A stretch of 64,000 nt of DNA from an archaeon (GCA_018671515.1 JABHHN010000062.1:13746-77745), one strand, 5' to 3'; shown: positions 40,237 to 51,308, counted from the stretch's first letter. Program-made: numbers and translations. The notes: generated by a model not told the origin, from the sequence alone.

Positions 40237-40623
40237 TTATTTAATTCCTACAAAAAATGTTGATACAAAAAATATCAATCCAATTACCAATATTGCAAAT
40301 AAGAACCACATCTTCTTTTTCTTCAATTCTTTTTCTTCCTTTGTTAGTGGTCTTATTTTATCTTTATTTTTTTCTTCCATACCTTTACCAATTGCAACAC
40401 CAATTCCCATACCAATGGCAGGACCTATTGCTATATTTCCTATAGCCATTCCAATTGGCATTCCAATAGCAATTCCTAATCCAATACCTTGTGACATAAA
40501 ATGCCCAACAGGGTATTTTCCAGTCTTTTTATACATCTCATTTTTTAATTTAAATGCAGGAATTGCTAAAACAAATCCAACTACTAAAAGAACAGAAATC
40601 ACAATCAAAACTATTGCTACCAT
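40237..40623 (-). CDS. small glycine-zipper membrane protein
   Basis: GIGLGIAIGMPIGMAIGNIAIGPAIGMGIGVAIG; RPLTKEE. Confidence 0.8.
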   Translation of the reverse strand: MVAIVLIVISVLLVVGFVLAIPAFKLKNEMYKKTGKYPVGHFMSQGIGLGIAIGMPIGMAIGNIAIGPAIGMGIGVAIGKGMEEKNKDKIRPLTKEEKELKKKKMWFLFAILVIGLIFFVSTFFVGIK

Positions 40624-40636
40624 TTTATTTAATCAC

Positions 40637-41191
40637 CTAATTAACTTCTCTTGTTACTTCTTCATAATATTTAACTTGTGTGACATTTTCAATCTTTTCT
40701 CTAACTGACGGTTCAATTGAAATTATATCAATTAAGTCTATTTTTTTTCCATTTTTAAATATTCCTGAAACAATATATGGAACTTTTGATTTTTTCCCCC
40801 TGATAAAATAATTTACATGTTCACGTCCTATTTTATTTATAAGTATTGAATTATTATCATCATCTATTAGAATATTTAGATATACAATTGATTCATTATG
40901 TTCTAATTCCTGTAATAAAAATCCTTTAACACTTATTCTTTTTAAAAAATAATTTTCAGGATTTTCTGTTAAATATGAAAATTTTATTTCTTCATTTGTA
41001 AATGTAGATTCATTTTTTATTTTTTCAACAGTTTCAGTAATATATTGTGGTTCCTCTATTTTAAAAAAATTTTCTCCTTCAAAATAAGGAAGCATTATAA
41101 AAATAATTATAATCAACATCGTAATTGACATAAATATAGGAATCAATCTAAAAATAATATCTCCTTTTTTATTTAATATCTGTTTTATCAT
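40637..41191 (-). CDS. membrane-anchored hypothetical protein, possible class III signal peptide
   Basis: NKKG/D followed by a hydrophobic stretch. Confidence 0.6.
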   Translation of the reverse strand: MIKQILNKKGDIIFRLIPIFMSITMLIIIIFIMLPYFEGENFFKIEEPQYITETVEKIKNESTFTNEEIKFSYLTENPENYFLKRISVKGFLLQELEHNESIVYLNILIDDDNNSILINKIGREHVNYFIRGKKSKVPYIVSGIFKNGKKIDLIDIISIEPSVREKIENVTQVKYYEEVTREVN

Positions 41192-41251
41192 ATTTATTAA
41201 AATAATTAAGAATGTCTTATATATATATTTTAAGTATAATGAAATTTATAT

Positions 41252-41884
41252 CTACTTTATTGCATAACCTTGAATATGTGGTTTTACAAGACTTCCTTTA
41301 TCAAGATTATATTTTTCAAAAACTAATTTTTTAAATCCTGTTTTTCTAATTGTTGATAATATATCTCTATTTAGATTACATCCTAATGCAATATATTTCC
41401 AAGGTGGGTTAATTAGATCCTGGACTTTTTTTAATTTAGTTCCAGTATTTGCACAGACATGTTCTAAAAAAATAAATTTTCCATTTTTCTTTAATACTCT
41501 TTTTATCTCCAATAATGATTTTTCTAAATCATTTACTGAGCAGAGGACATGAGTGGAAACTACATAATCTGTATAATTATTTGGAAGTTCGATGTTTTCA
41601 GAACTTCCTTTGATAAATTTAATTTTCCAGTTTCCTTTTTTGGAATTCTTATTTAGATATTTTTGCATATATGGATTTGGATCTATGCATGTCACTTCTA
41701 TTTTTTCATCATAATACTTTAGATTTGCACCTGTCCCAATTCCAATTTCTACAACTTTTCCTTTAACATTTGATAAAAGTTTTTTCTTTCTATCATAAAA
41801 TGTTTTTTCCATATTATCTGAAAATTTATTCATAGTATATGCAAAAAGGAGGTTGTGTAATTTAGTTGACATCAAGTCTAGCAA
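41252..41884 (-). CDS. class I SAM-dependent methyltransferase
   Basis: VEIGIGTGAN, VLCSV, EIKRVLKKNG, FLEH. Confidence 0.92.
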   Translation of the reverse strand: MLDLMSTKLHNLLFAYTMNKFSDNMEKTFYDRKKKLLSNVKGKVVEIGIGTGANLKYYDEKIEVTCIDPNPYMQKYLNKNSKKGNWKIKFIKGSSENIELPNNYTDYVVSTHVLCSVNDLEKSLLEIKRVLKKNGKFIFLEHVCANTGTKLKKVQDLINPPWKYIALGCNLNRDILSTIRKTGFKKLVFEKYNLDKGSLVKPHIQGYAIK

Positions 41885-42043
41885 AGAATAAGTGTTTAAA
41901 ATAGTTTAGTTTGAATTATAAATAAATAAAATAAAGAAGTATAATAATATACATTTATACACATTCATATATAGAAATACTTTTTTATATACTTTTTTAT
42001 ATACTTATTTCTAAAATATCTATAGGCATTAAAAAATAAATAA

Positions 42044-42457
42044 TCACAAATCATCTTCGCTTAAAACTTCAATATTATTTTCTTTTAATAATTTTGCAAA
42101 AACACCATAATCTTTAATAAGAGATGTTGGACATGTTTTATCATAAATTTGTTTGGGTCCACATGAGGGTGATCGTGCTTTTAGAATTGCTTTTTTACAC
42201 CCTGTTAATTGAGCTATAAAAAGTCCCTCTTTTGCACCTAAAACATATTGAGCAGTAACATCTTTTCCATTTCTTGTAATTACTTTATCTCCAATTTGAT
42301 CTGCAGAATCTCTTGGAGTGGGTAAACCTCCCAGTTGTTCAGGACAAATTGGAATCAATTTTCCAGTACGCATAAGTCCAAGAACTTTTCTATTTGGTCT
42401 AGATCTTCCATCAAATGCACAATTTATACCAATTAAACACGCACTTACGATAATCAT
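42044..42457 (-). CDS. DUF523 / TudS-like thiouracil desulfidase (Fe-S)
   Basis: VSACL.G..C.FDG, CPEQLGGLPTPR, LKARSPSCG. Confidence 0.9.
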   Translation of the reverse strand: MIIVSACLIGINCAFDGRSRPNRKVLGLMRTGKLIPICPEQLGGLPTPRDSADQIGDKVITRNGKDVTAQYVLGAKEGLFIAQLTGCKKAILKARSPSCGPKQIYDKTCPTSLIKDYGVFAKLLKENNIEVLSEDDL

Positions 42458-42576
42458 AAAATTATGAAATAATATATTATATATAAAATGAATTTATATC
42501 ACTTGAATTTTTATATAAAATATTATTTAATTACATGCAAATAATATAAATTATTTAACAATTCTTCAAAGTCAGA

Positions 42577-42656
42577 TTTCATCTACCTTTTTTACATGTG
42601 CAAGTTTCAAAAAAGAAACTTGCTATAATGAAGCCAAAGGCTGAAACTTATAATAA
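42577..42656. repeat. intergenic double-hairpin cassette
   Basis: TTTCATC start; GCAAGTTTC-AAAAAA-GAAACTTGC; AGCC-AAA-GGCT. Confidence 0.7.
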
Positions 42657-42909
42657 ACTATTTAAATACAAAATTTGATTCTCTTTTAAAAATTCTAAAA
42701 AAAATAATTTAATATTTCTTCATAGGTAAACAATAAATCCTTCATAAAGCATATGTAAATGTAGATGAATTTTGTTTAATGGGTGTTCAACGAAATATTA
42801 CTCGGAATCAATTTAAATATAAAATTAACGAGGTTTTTCCAAAATTATAAGGAGGAGTTTTTTTAATAAATAATAATATATAAATACTTAATACCAATAT
42901 AAAAATTAA

Positions 42910-44097
42910 ATGAAACTTAAAAAAGAACATTACATAATATTTACAATTATTATAACTGAAGTACTTGGTCTTACTTTAATTATTCCTTTCCTACCCTTAT
43001 TTGCAAAAGATTTGGGTGCATCTCCTTTAATTATCGGTTTAATTTTAATGTCATTTTCTTTCTTTCAATTTTTCACAAGTCCAATACTAGGAAAATTAAG
43101 TGATCACTTTGGTAGAAAACCACTATTAATTATTACTCAAATATCAACATGTATAAGTTTTCTTATTCTTGGCTATGCAAATACAATATGGCTATTACTT
43201 TTATCTAGAATCGTTGATGGATTATTTGGAAGTAATTTAGTAATAGCAAGAGCATATTTAACAGATATTACTACAAAAAAAGACCGAAGCAAAGCATTTG
43301 GATTAAGTAACGCTGCTTATGCCTTCGGATTCATGCTTGGTCCTGGAATTGGTGGCTTTTTAGCTAATCTTACACCTTTAAGCTTTAGATTACCAAGTCT
43401 TATAGCAGCAGGAATTTCATTTATAACTATACTATTTACTATTTTTTTCATAAAAGAAACCGTAAAAAAGAAAAAAAAAATTAAGATATCATTTAACATA
43501 TTTCCTTTTGCATCAATTCTAAAATATCTAAAAAACGTTAATGTTTCGTTATTATTAATACAATTATTTTTATTATCTTTTGGTAATTCAATAGCATTTG
43601 AAACTTTTGCATTATTTGCAAATATGCATCTCGGATTAAGTGCATTAGTTATAGGTTATATTCTTGTGTATCTTAGTATATTAGCTGTTCTTATTAATGG
43701 AATATTTATTAGCAAATTGATAAATTATTTAGGTGAGATGAAACTAAAAAATATTTCTCAATTTTTTTTTTTAATTGGATTAATTATTGTTGCGTTTTCA
43801 AAAAATACTTTTGTTTTACTTTTAGGATTAACTATTTATATGATTGGGGGAATGACAACAACAATTTTGATGGGTGAAATATCAAGAAGAATTTCTAATA
43901 AGGAACAAGGAGAAATCCTTGGTGTTCAGACTTCATTGAGAGGAATTACAGAAATAATAGGACCACTAGTTGGTGGATTTATGCTAAATTATTTTATTCC
44001 AAATTATTTAATTTTAGTTGCTGCATTTTTTGCATTTATTGGATTATTAATAAATTTTATCTCAAATAGAAATATTCATTCTCTAAATCCAAAATAA
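42910..44097 (+). CDS. MFS transporter (TetA/DHA1-like)
   Basis: Motif A GKLSDHFGRK; 12 TM; GFMLGPGIGG. Confidence 0.93.
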   Translation: MKLKKEHYIIFTIIITEVLGLTLIIPFLPLFAKDLGASPLIIGLILMSFSFFQFFTSPILGKLSDHFGRKPLLIITQISTCISFLILGYANTIWLLLLSRIVDGLFGSNLVIARAYLTDITTKKDRSKAFGLSNAAYAFGFMLGPGIGGFLANLTPLSFRLPSLIAAGISFITILFTIFFIKETVKKKKKIKISFNIFPFASILKYLKNVNVSLLLIQLFLLSFGNSIAFETFALFANMHLGLSALVIGYILVYLSILAVLINGIFISKLINYLGEMKLKNISQFFFLIGLIIVAFSKNTFVLLLGLTIYMIGGMTTTILMGEISRRISNKEQGEILGVQTSLRGITEIIGPLVGGFMLNYFIPNYLILVAAFFAFIGLLINFISNRNIHSLNPK

Positions 44098-44217
44098 ACT
44101 CCCCCTTTAAGGTATAATAGAATAGCCTTCGGCTTAAAATAAGAAAAATCCTATTTGTAATACTTCATCACACTTCAAAAAGATATTTAAATAATTGGTC
44201 TATCTCTTATCCCCACA

Positions 44218-45282
44218 ATGCCACATAGAAAAATGTTTACAGTTGGACCTGTTGAGGTCTTTCCTGAAATCCTAGATATTATGTCAACACCAGTAGTAGG
44301 ACATAGGACAAAGGAATGTTATGAATTATATGCACGAATCAAAGTAAAATTACAAAAAATTCTATACACAGAAAATAGATGTTTCATATTTGCTTCATCA
44401 TCATCTGGTATCATGGAAGCTGCAGTTAGAAATTGTGTAAAAAATAGATGCCTTAATTTAGTTAATGGTGCTTTTTCAGAAAGATGGCATAAGATGACTA
44501 TTTCAAATGGAAAATCAGCAGATAGACTTGATTTCCAGTGGGGTTCCCCAATTGAAGCATCAAAGGTTGATGAAGCATTATCATCAGGTAAATATGATGC
44601 TATGACTTTTGTTCATAATGAAACATCAACTGGTGTAATGAGTCCGATTGCTGAAATTACAGAAGTGATGAAAAAATACCCTGATGTAATTTTCTTAGTT
44701 GATACAGTATCTTCAATGACTGCAACAAAAATTGAAGTAGATAAGTTAGGAATTGATGTTTGTCTTGCAGGAGTACAAAAAGCATTTGCATTACCTCCTG
44801 GTTTAGCAGTTGCGTCAATTTCTGACAAAGCTATTGAGAAAGCAAAGACTGTTGATAATAGAGGGTACTATTTTGACTTTTTAGAATTATTGAAATATTA
44901 TGAAAAAGATCAATATCCAACAACACCACCTATATCAATAATGTATGCACTTGATTTCCAATTAAATAGAATGATTATCGAAGGACTTGATAATAGATAC
45001 AAAAGACATAATGACATGGCAAACATGGCAAGAGAATGGGCACACAAAAAAGGTTTTAAGATATTTCCAAAAGAAGGATATGAATCTGTAACACTTACAT
45101 GCATCAATCATGAAGGAAAAGTAGATGTTCCAAGCATGAAAGAAAAATTAGCCCAAAAAGGTTTTGAAATATCAAGTGGATATGGAAAAACAAAAGAGGT
45201 TACATTTAGAATTGGTCATATGGGAGATATTGGAGTAAATGATTTAAAAGAATTATTAGAAATAATGGATGATTTAATATGA
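44218..45282 (+). CDS. class V PLP aminotransferase (serine-pyruvate / archaeal phosphoserine type)
   Basis: VHNETSTG, DTVSS, QKAFALPPG, FRIGHMG. Confidence 0.92.
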   Translation: MPHRKMFTVGPVEVFPEILDIMSTPVVGHRTKECYELYARIKVKLQKILYTENRCFIFASSSSGIMEAAVRNCVKNRCLNLVNGAFSERWHKMTISNGKSADRLDFQWGSPIEASKVDEALSSGKYDAMTFVHNETSTGVMSPIAEITEVMKKYPDVIFLVDTVSSMTATKIEVDKLGIDVCLAGVQKAFALPPGLAVASISDKAIEKAKTVDNRGYYFDFLELLKYYEKDQYPTTPPISIMYALDFQLNRMIIEGLDNRYKRHNDMANMAREWAHKKGFKIFPKEGYESVTLTCINHEGKVDVPSMKEKLAQKGFEISSGYGKTKEVTFRIGHMGDIGVNDLKELLEIMDDLI

Positions 45283-46232
45283 AAATCATTATATTAGACA
45301 AAATAGATAATTCAGCAATAGATATGTTTAAAGAAAGTTTTGAAACAGATGTCAAAACAGGTCTTTCTGAACAAGAAATAATTGATATCATTAATCCTTA
45401 TGATGCAGTCGTTGTAAGAAGTGCAACAAAAATCACTAAAAAAATAATTGATGCAGCACCTAATCTTAAATTAATAGGAAGAGGAGGAACAGGTGTAGAT
45501 TCAATTGATATAAAGGCAGCAACAGAAAAAAATATTGCAGTCATGAATACACCAACAAGTAATTGTATTTCAGTTACAGAATATGTAATTGGACTTATGA
45601 TTGGAGCATCTCGAAATATCATTTTTGCAAATAATAAATTAAAAGAAAATATTTGGGCAAAAAAAGAATCAAAAGGATATGAACTAAAAGATAAGACATT
45701 AGGAATAATTGGTTTTGGTAACATTGGCAAAGAAGTATGTAAAAGAGCAATTGCTTTTGATATGACTGTTCTTACATATGATCCATTTATAGATAATGAA
45801 ATAGTTAAAAGTTTTGGTGCTAAAAAAATGGAGATTGATGAAATAATCACCAATTCAGATTATATCACATTACATATTCCATTAATTGATGCAACAAAAA
45901 ATCTTATTGATTCAAAAAAACTTGAATCAATGAAAAAAAATGCTATCTTAATAAATTGTGCAAGAGGAGGAACAGTTGATGAAGATGCACTATACACTGC
46001 ACTAAAAAACAATTCAATAAAAGGTGCAGCTCTTGACGTATTTGCAAATGAGCCTCTAAAAAATAGTAAATTATGTGAACTTAATAATATCATATTGACA
46101 CCACATATTGCTGGTTCAACACATGAAGCCCAAGCGAGATGTGGAACTGATTTAGTAAAACAATTTCTATATTTTTTCAATAATGAATATAAAAACATTC
46201 TAAATTTAAAAGATATAAAACTTGGTGATTAA
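45279..46232 (+). CDS. serA: D-3-phosphoglycerate dehydrogenase-like, short form without ACT domain
   Basis: VRSAT, GFGNIG, INCARGG, ALDVF..EP, TPHIAGST. Confidence 0.8.
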   Translation: MKIIILDKIDNSAIDMFKESFETDVKTGLSEQEIIDIINPYDAVVVRSATKITKKIIDAAPNLKLIGRGGTGVDSIDIKAATEKNIAVMNTPTSNCISVTEYVIGLMIGASRNIIFANNKLKENIWAKKESKGYELKDKTLGIIGFGNIGKEVCKRAIAFDMTVLTYDPFIDNEIVKSFGAKKMEIDEIITNSDYITLHIPLIDATKNLIDSKKLESMKKNAILINCARGGTVDEDALYTALKNNSIKGAALDVFANEPLKNSKLCELNNIILTPHIAGSTHEAQARCGTDLVKQFLYFFNNEYKNILNLKDIKLGD

Positions 46233-47052
46233 AATGGATATGCCTAGAATAAAAATTATTTCAATGGATGATGTTGATGTCCATGAACATACTGATAACG
46301 CTAGAGTTGATAGATTAAGATATTCAATCAAACGAGATGCAAAAATCAGAAATCCAGTTATAGTTTCAAAAATTGCCGATAAATACATGATTCTTGATGG
46401 TGCAACTAGACATGGTGGTCTAAAAAAACTTGGAGCAAAACACATATTAGCACAAATTGCAGATTATGATAAAGATGATTTAACACTTGATACATGGGAT
46501 CATGTAATAACTGGAATAAAATTTGTCGATTTTTTAGAAAAAGTCAAAAAAATTAAAGATGTGACAATTGAAGAATCATTTCAGGCAATGGCTGAAAAGT
46601 CACTTGAAAAAAAAGAAATATTTGGATATTTTATTCTAAAAGAGGGAAAAACATATACTGTAAAATGCCCTATGGATTATGAAAATATTGTCAGAATAAT
46701 CTGTGAAATAACTAAAATATATACTAATGAAGAAGAAACAGTAAGAATTGTACACGCACAAATTGATGATTATCTAAGAGTGTCTGATAATGAGACTGCA
46801 ATTTTTTGTACACCTAAATTTACAAAAGAAGATATTAAAGAAATTTTTAACATGGGTCTAAAAGTTTCAGCAGGAATAACAAGGCATCTTATTCCTTGTA
46901 GAATATTAAATGTAAATCTGGGACTTAATCTTCTGATCAATGATGATACTACTGAATCAAAAGCAAAATATCTTGATGAGTTCATAGATCTGAGATTAAA
47001 ACATGGTAAAGTCAGATATTATTCAGAACCAACAATTGTATTTGATAATTAG
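46222..47052 (+). CDS. ParB/sulfiredoxin-fold protein, SbnI/SerK-like free serine kinase candidate
   Basis: VHE..D..R..RL..SI......NPVIV...YMILDGATR..LKKLG; TW.H; GITRH; overlaps the serA stop. Confidence 0.7.
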   Translation: MVIKMDMPRIKIISMDDVDVHEHTDNARVDRLRYSIKRDAKIRNPVIVSKIADKYMILDGATRHGGLKKLGAKHILAQIADYDKDDLTLDTWDHVITGIKFVDFLEKVKKIKDVTIEESFQAMAEKSLEKKEIFGYFILKEGKTYTVKCPMDYENIVRIICEITKIYTNEEETVRIVHAQIDDYLRVSDNETAIFCTPKFTKEDIKEIFNMGLKVSAGITRHLIPCRILNVNLGLNLLINDDTTESKAKYLDEFIDLRLKHGKVRYYSEPTIVFDN

Positions 47053-47100
47053 AGTTTTATTTTTATATTCTTATAATTTTATTTCTAAATTTTTTTCTTT

Positions 47101-47185
47101 TTCATCAATATTCTAGTTGTGCCAGAGCAAGGCATTCTGCCTCGCAAATTCCCTGCATACGGCAAAGCCCGATGCTATGTAGTAA
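47101..47185. repeat. GC-rich double-hairpin cassette upstream of serS
   Basis: TTCATCA start; GC.AGGCA-TTC-TGCCT.GC; GCAT..GGC-AAA-GCC..ATGC. Confidence 0.65.
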
Positions 47186-47403
47186 AAAAATAATTATAAT
47201 AAACTTACATAAAAAAAATATCATTTTAACTAAAATTAAAAGATTGGGAAGATTTATATAATTTAATCTATTCTCTTTTCTGATGAAATACAAGTCTATA
47301 TCGGGTTCTTCGATTTAATTCTTATTATTAGACTATTAATAACAACAATTTTTCAATAAATTTTTTATTTACAAAATATTTTAACAAAACAAAGGTGATA
47401 TGA

Positions 47404-48675
47404 ATGCTCGATATTAAACTCATTAGAGAAAATCCAGAAATTATAAAGAAAGATCTTGAAAAAAGAGATAAATTAGATTTAATCAAAAAAGTAGATGAAA
47501 TAAGAGAATTAGACATCCTTTGGAGAGAAAACTTGCAGAAAGTTGAAAAATTAAAACATCAAAGAAATGTTTTATCTCGTGAAGTTGCACAATTAAAAAA
47601 GGCAGGAAAAGATGCAACTGAAAAATTAAATCTAGTAAAAGAGATTCCAAAAAAGATTGTAGATGTAGAAGAAAAAACTGATTCAATACAAGTAAAAATT
47701 AAAAAAATCATGTTCCAACTTCCAAACATATTACATGATACAGTTCCAGTAGGCGCTGATGATACACAAAATGTATCTGTTAAAAAATGGGGAAAACCTA
47801 GAAAAGACAAGACAATTAGTCATGTTGATCTATTAGAAAAATGGGATGTTGGAGATACTGCACGTGGTGCAAAAACAAGTGGTTCAAGATTCTATTTCTT
47901 AAAAAATGAATTAGTAATGCTTGATATGGCACTACAGAAATTTGGTATGGATCATATGATGAACAAAGGATTGATACCTATGATTCCTCCATATATGTTA
48001 AGAAGAGAAGCGTATGATGCTATGACTTCAATGGATGATTTTGAAGAAGTCATCTATAAAATTGAAGATGAAGATTTATACTTAATTGCAACATCTGAAC
48101 ATCCAATTGGTGCTTATCATATGAATGAAACAATTGAAAAAAAAGATCTGCCGTTAAAGTACGCAGGTATATCTCCTTGTTTTAGAAAAGAAGCAGGAAG
48201 CCATGGAAAAGATACAAAAGGAATCTTTAGAGTTCATCAATTCCACAAAATTGAACAATTTGCTTTTTCCATGCCTGAAGACTCATGGAAGATACATGAA
48301 GAACTTCTTGCAAATGCAGAAGAATTATTCCAAAAACTTGAAATCCCATATCAAATAGTAAATGTATGTACTGGTGACATGGGTTCAATTGCAGCAAAGA
48401 AATATGATCTTGAAGTATGGATGCCTGCACAACAAAAATACAGAGAAGCAGTATCAAATAGTAATTGTACTGATTACCAGGCAAGAAGACTAAATACCAA
48501 ATATCTTGATGGAAGCAAAAGAGATTATGTCCACACATTAAATAGTACAGCATTTGCTACATCACGTGTCATTGTTGCAATAATGGAGAACTTCCAGGAT
48601 GAAGATGGAGTAATTAGTATACCAGAAGCATTATGGCCATATATGAACGGGATAAAGAGTATTGGTAAGAAGTAG
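47404..48675 (+). CDS. serS: serine-tRNA ligase (type 1)
   Basis: MLDIKLIR, LIATSE, CFRKEAG, RVHQF.KIE, SNCTDYQARR, HTLN. Confidence 0.98.
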   Translation: MLDIKLIRENPEIIKKDLEKRDKLDLIKKVDEIRELDILWRENLQKVEKLKHQRNVLSREVAQLKKAGKDATEKLNLVKEIPKKIVDVEEKTDSIQVKIKKIMFQLPNILHDTVPVGADDTQNVSVKKWGKPRKDKTISHVDLLEKWDVGDTARGAKTSGSRFYFLKNELVMLDMALQKFGMDHMMNKGLIPMIPPYMLRREAYDAMTSMDDFEEVIYKIEDEDLYLIATSEHPIGAYHMNETIEKKDLPLKYAGISPCFRKEAGSHGKDTKGIFRVHQFHKIEQFAFSMPEDSWKIHEELLANAEELFQKLEIPYQIVNVCTGDMGSIAAKKYDLEVWMPAQQKYREAVSNSNCTDYQARRLNTKYLDGSKRDYVHTLNSTAFATSRVIVAIMENFQDEDGVISIPEALWPYMNGIKSIGKK

Positions 48676-48849
48676 AGTTTTTTTATTTTAATTTATTTAT
48701 TTTATACTTAAATTTTTAGAAGTTGATAATAAATTTATCTTGAAGTATGTAAGTGTAGAGGGATTTGGGATAATGGGTGCTATCTACAATATTACTAAGA
48801 GAAATTAACTAATAGAAAATATTATAAACAATTAAAAAAATTTAATATT

Positions 48850-50187
48850 ATGTTTAAGAAAAGGTATCAACAAACATTCTTAATTGGATTACTAATATTA
48901 CTCTTGTCTTCCACTGTTTTTGCTATGGACGTGCCATTTGAGGTTGTGAAAACAAAAGTTGTGGCAGAAACTACTGTTATTGCAGGCGGCGAATCAATGG
49001 TTAAAGACGGAATTCTTGTTGATTTTCCTGAAGTACCTAGTAAAGACGGATATGACCCTAGAGTTAGAATTCCTACAGAGGGTGTTAATTATAAACTTGA
49101 GTTTTGGAATGTTGGAAAAATGGGTGGTTCAAAATGGTCTATTTTTAAGTCAGGTTATGAAAAAGCAAAACTAACTATTACTTATGAAACAGGACAAGCA
49201 TATAAGTTACAAGGCACAGGAGAGAAATTTATGGATATGGAATCAGTAGAGAGTGTTGATGTAAGAACTCCTAATTTTGAAGACACTTTAAGCTATGATA
49301 TCTGGTTTACTGGAGGTCCTTATGGGAAATTCTTTCACACAGATAAAAACGGAAAAACTATACAGATTGCATATATTGAAAACGGAGAATATATCCACTT
49401 TACAAATATTCCAGAAAAAAAACATCTTCTGTATTATAATAATGCACTTATACAAATAGAAGATAGCTCAGCCTTTGAAAAATGGTTAGAAATTCTAAAT
49501 CAACAACCTGGTTGTATTGATCCTAGTGACCCTAAAACAGATAGTGGGTGGAGATTTACTGATTATGAAGGGGAAGTTATGGTTCGTCCTTGTGACGATG
49601 AAGATGCTTGGTATGGTGCAGAATTGGATATGGTATTACACAGAAGCGACCATATTAAAAATGGTGAGGATAGTACCTGCAGTATAATGTCAACTGATAT
49701 GTTTCTTTTTATTATGAATAAACCAGAATCTGAAATCATTTTAACCTATTCTGAACAAGAAAGTAATGCACACGTAATTTGGGGAAAAATAAAGGTTAAT
49801 GTTAAACGAATGTTAAAAGATGGAACAATGGATGTTGAGATGTCTCAAGCGGTTGCAGGAATTAAAGGCACTATTTTTGTTGTTGAAGAAACAGGAACCG
49901 AATCAACCCTCAAAGTTATTGAGGGAGAAGTCGAATTTACAAGTAAATCAAATGGAAAGTCTGAAATGGTTGGTGCTGGTGAAATGATAACTGCAACAAA
50001 GAAAGGTTTAGAAAAAAAGAAAAAATTTGATATTGCTAAAGAAAACGCTACTTGGGAAAGCAACGAAGCAATGATTAAAGATATTAAAAACAAAAATAAT
50101 TCAAAAGGTTCATTCTTTTTTCTAGTGATAATTTTATTTGGAGTTATTGGTGTAGGTTCATTTTATTTTAAAAAGCAAAAAAAATAG
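48850..50187 (+). CDS. secreted, C-terminally anchored FecR-domain protein
   Basis: Signal peptide; AVAGIKGTIFVV...LKVIEGEVEF; C-terminal TM plus basic tail. Confidence 0.8.
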   Translation: MFKKRYQQTFLIGLLILLLSSTVFAMDVPFEVVKTKVVAETTVIAGGESMVKDGILVDFPEVPSKDGYDPRVRIPTEGVNYKLEFWNVGKMGGSKWSIFKSGYEKAKLTITYETGQAYKLQGTGEKFMDMESVESVDVRTPNFEDTLSYDIWFTGGPYGKFFHTDKNGKTIQIAYIENGEYIHFTNIPEKKHLLYYNNALIQIEDSSAFEKWLEILNQQPGCIDPSDPKTDSGWRFTDYEGEVMVRPCDDEDAWYGAELDMVLHRSDHIKNGEDSTCSIMSTDMFLFIMNKPESEIILTYSEQESNAHVIWGKIKVNVKRMLKDGTMDVEMSQAVAGIKGTIFVVEETGTESTLKVIEGEVEFTSKSNGKSEMVGAGEMITATKKGLEKKKKFDIAKENATWESNEAMIKDIKNKNNSKGSFFFLVIILFGVIGVGSFYFKKQKK

Positions 50188-50436
50188 AATTTATACGAAA
50201 TATACGAAAGTTTACAGATGAATAAAAACGAAAAACATTTTTTAAACTGAATATTCTGAATTTAATTTTTTCATCTTTTCTCCCTCCAAGTAATTGGATT
50301 ATTTATTTTAACTTTTGGAGGTCAAAAGTGGAAACTTCATGTTAAACAGAAGTAGAATTAGTATTATTCCGATGTGAGATTCAATTTAATATTTGAAAAC
50401 AAATAATTTATAATCACCTAAATTCTCATTTTATAT

Positions 50437-50883
50437 ATGCGTATTAGAAAATTTAAAAAAGAAGATGCAAGAAAGGTTTCTAATCTAATTAGGAAATGTC
50501 TTGTTGAAGTAAATAGCAAAGATTATGAAAAAAAAGTTATTAATTTTTTATATAATTTAAATACTCCATCCCATATAATTTCTAGATCTAAAGAAAGAAT
50601 TATATTAGTTGCTGTAGATAAAAAAACAATTCTAGGAACTGTAAGTTTAAATGGAAATATTATTCAGTCAGTATTTGTAAACCCAAAATTTCATGGAAGA
50701 AAAATAGGAACACAATTAATGGACAAAATTGAAAATGTGGCTAAAAAAAATGGATGCAATTTTGTTAAATTACCTTCAAGTTTTACAGCATTTGAATTCT
50801 ATAAGAAATTAGGATATATAAAAATTAAAATGCTTCATTCTGATGAGTATGGAGATACTATTGAAATGAAAAAGAGGTTATAA
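50437..50883 (+). CDS. GNAT acetyltransferase
   Basis: VFVNPKFHGRKIGTQLM, AFEFYKKLGY. Confidence 0.92.
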   Translation: MRIRKFKKEDARKVSNLIRKCLVEVNSKDYEKKVINFLYNLNTPSHIISRSKERIILVAVDKKTILGTVSLNGNIIQSVFVNPKFHGRKIGTQLMDKIENVAKKNGCNFVKLPSSFTAFEFYKKLGYIKIKMLHSDEYGDTIEMKKRL

Positions 50884-50975
50884 ATTTTTTAAAATTTATA
50901 ATATCAACAAAAATAAACTAAATTATAAACTAGAAAACAATAAATTTATAATCACAATTTTAAATAATTTAAAAA

Positions 50976-51308
50976 ATGACAAAAAATAAAGATTTTATTA
51001 GAGAATTGATTACTCTAGGATTAACTTTTCTTTCTGTTATTTTATTTTGGAGAAATGATTTCTTGATTTTCTTTATACTAATCTCAATTTATGCAGTTAG
51101 ATCATTTTTTTGGCATAAATCAAGTGACCATATTCTTTTTTTAGTTTCTATATTAATTGGTTTTACAATGGAGTTTTCTTTTACTACAGCTGGACTTTAT
51201 AAATTTGTCAAGCCAACATTATTTAAAATACCTTTTTGGATTCCATTATCATGGGGTTTAAGTTTACTTCTTTTTTTTAGAATTACTCAGTATTTTATAA
51301 AAAAATAA
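50976..51308 (+). CDS. small membrane protein
   Basis: Four TM segments; IPFWIPLSWG. Confidence 0.7.
   Translation: MTKNKDFIRELITLGLTFLSVILFWRNDFLIFFILISIYAVRSFFWHKSSDHILFLVSILIGFTMEFSFTTAGLYKFVKPTLFKIPFWIPLSWGLSLLLFFRITQYFIKK

Noticed and set aside
41977-42006. ATACTTTTTTAT tandem repeat (about 2.5 copies)
   Set aside because: Low-complexity slippage in AT-rich DNA.
44124-44134. AGCC-TTC-GGCT mini-hairpin as another cassette
   Set aside because: A single 4-bp stem is too short to support on its own.
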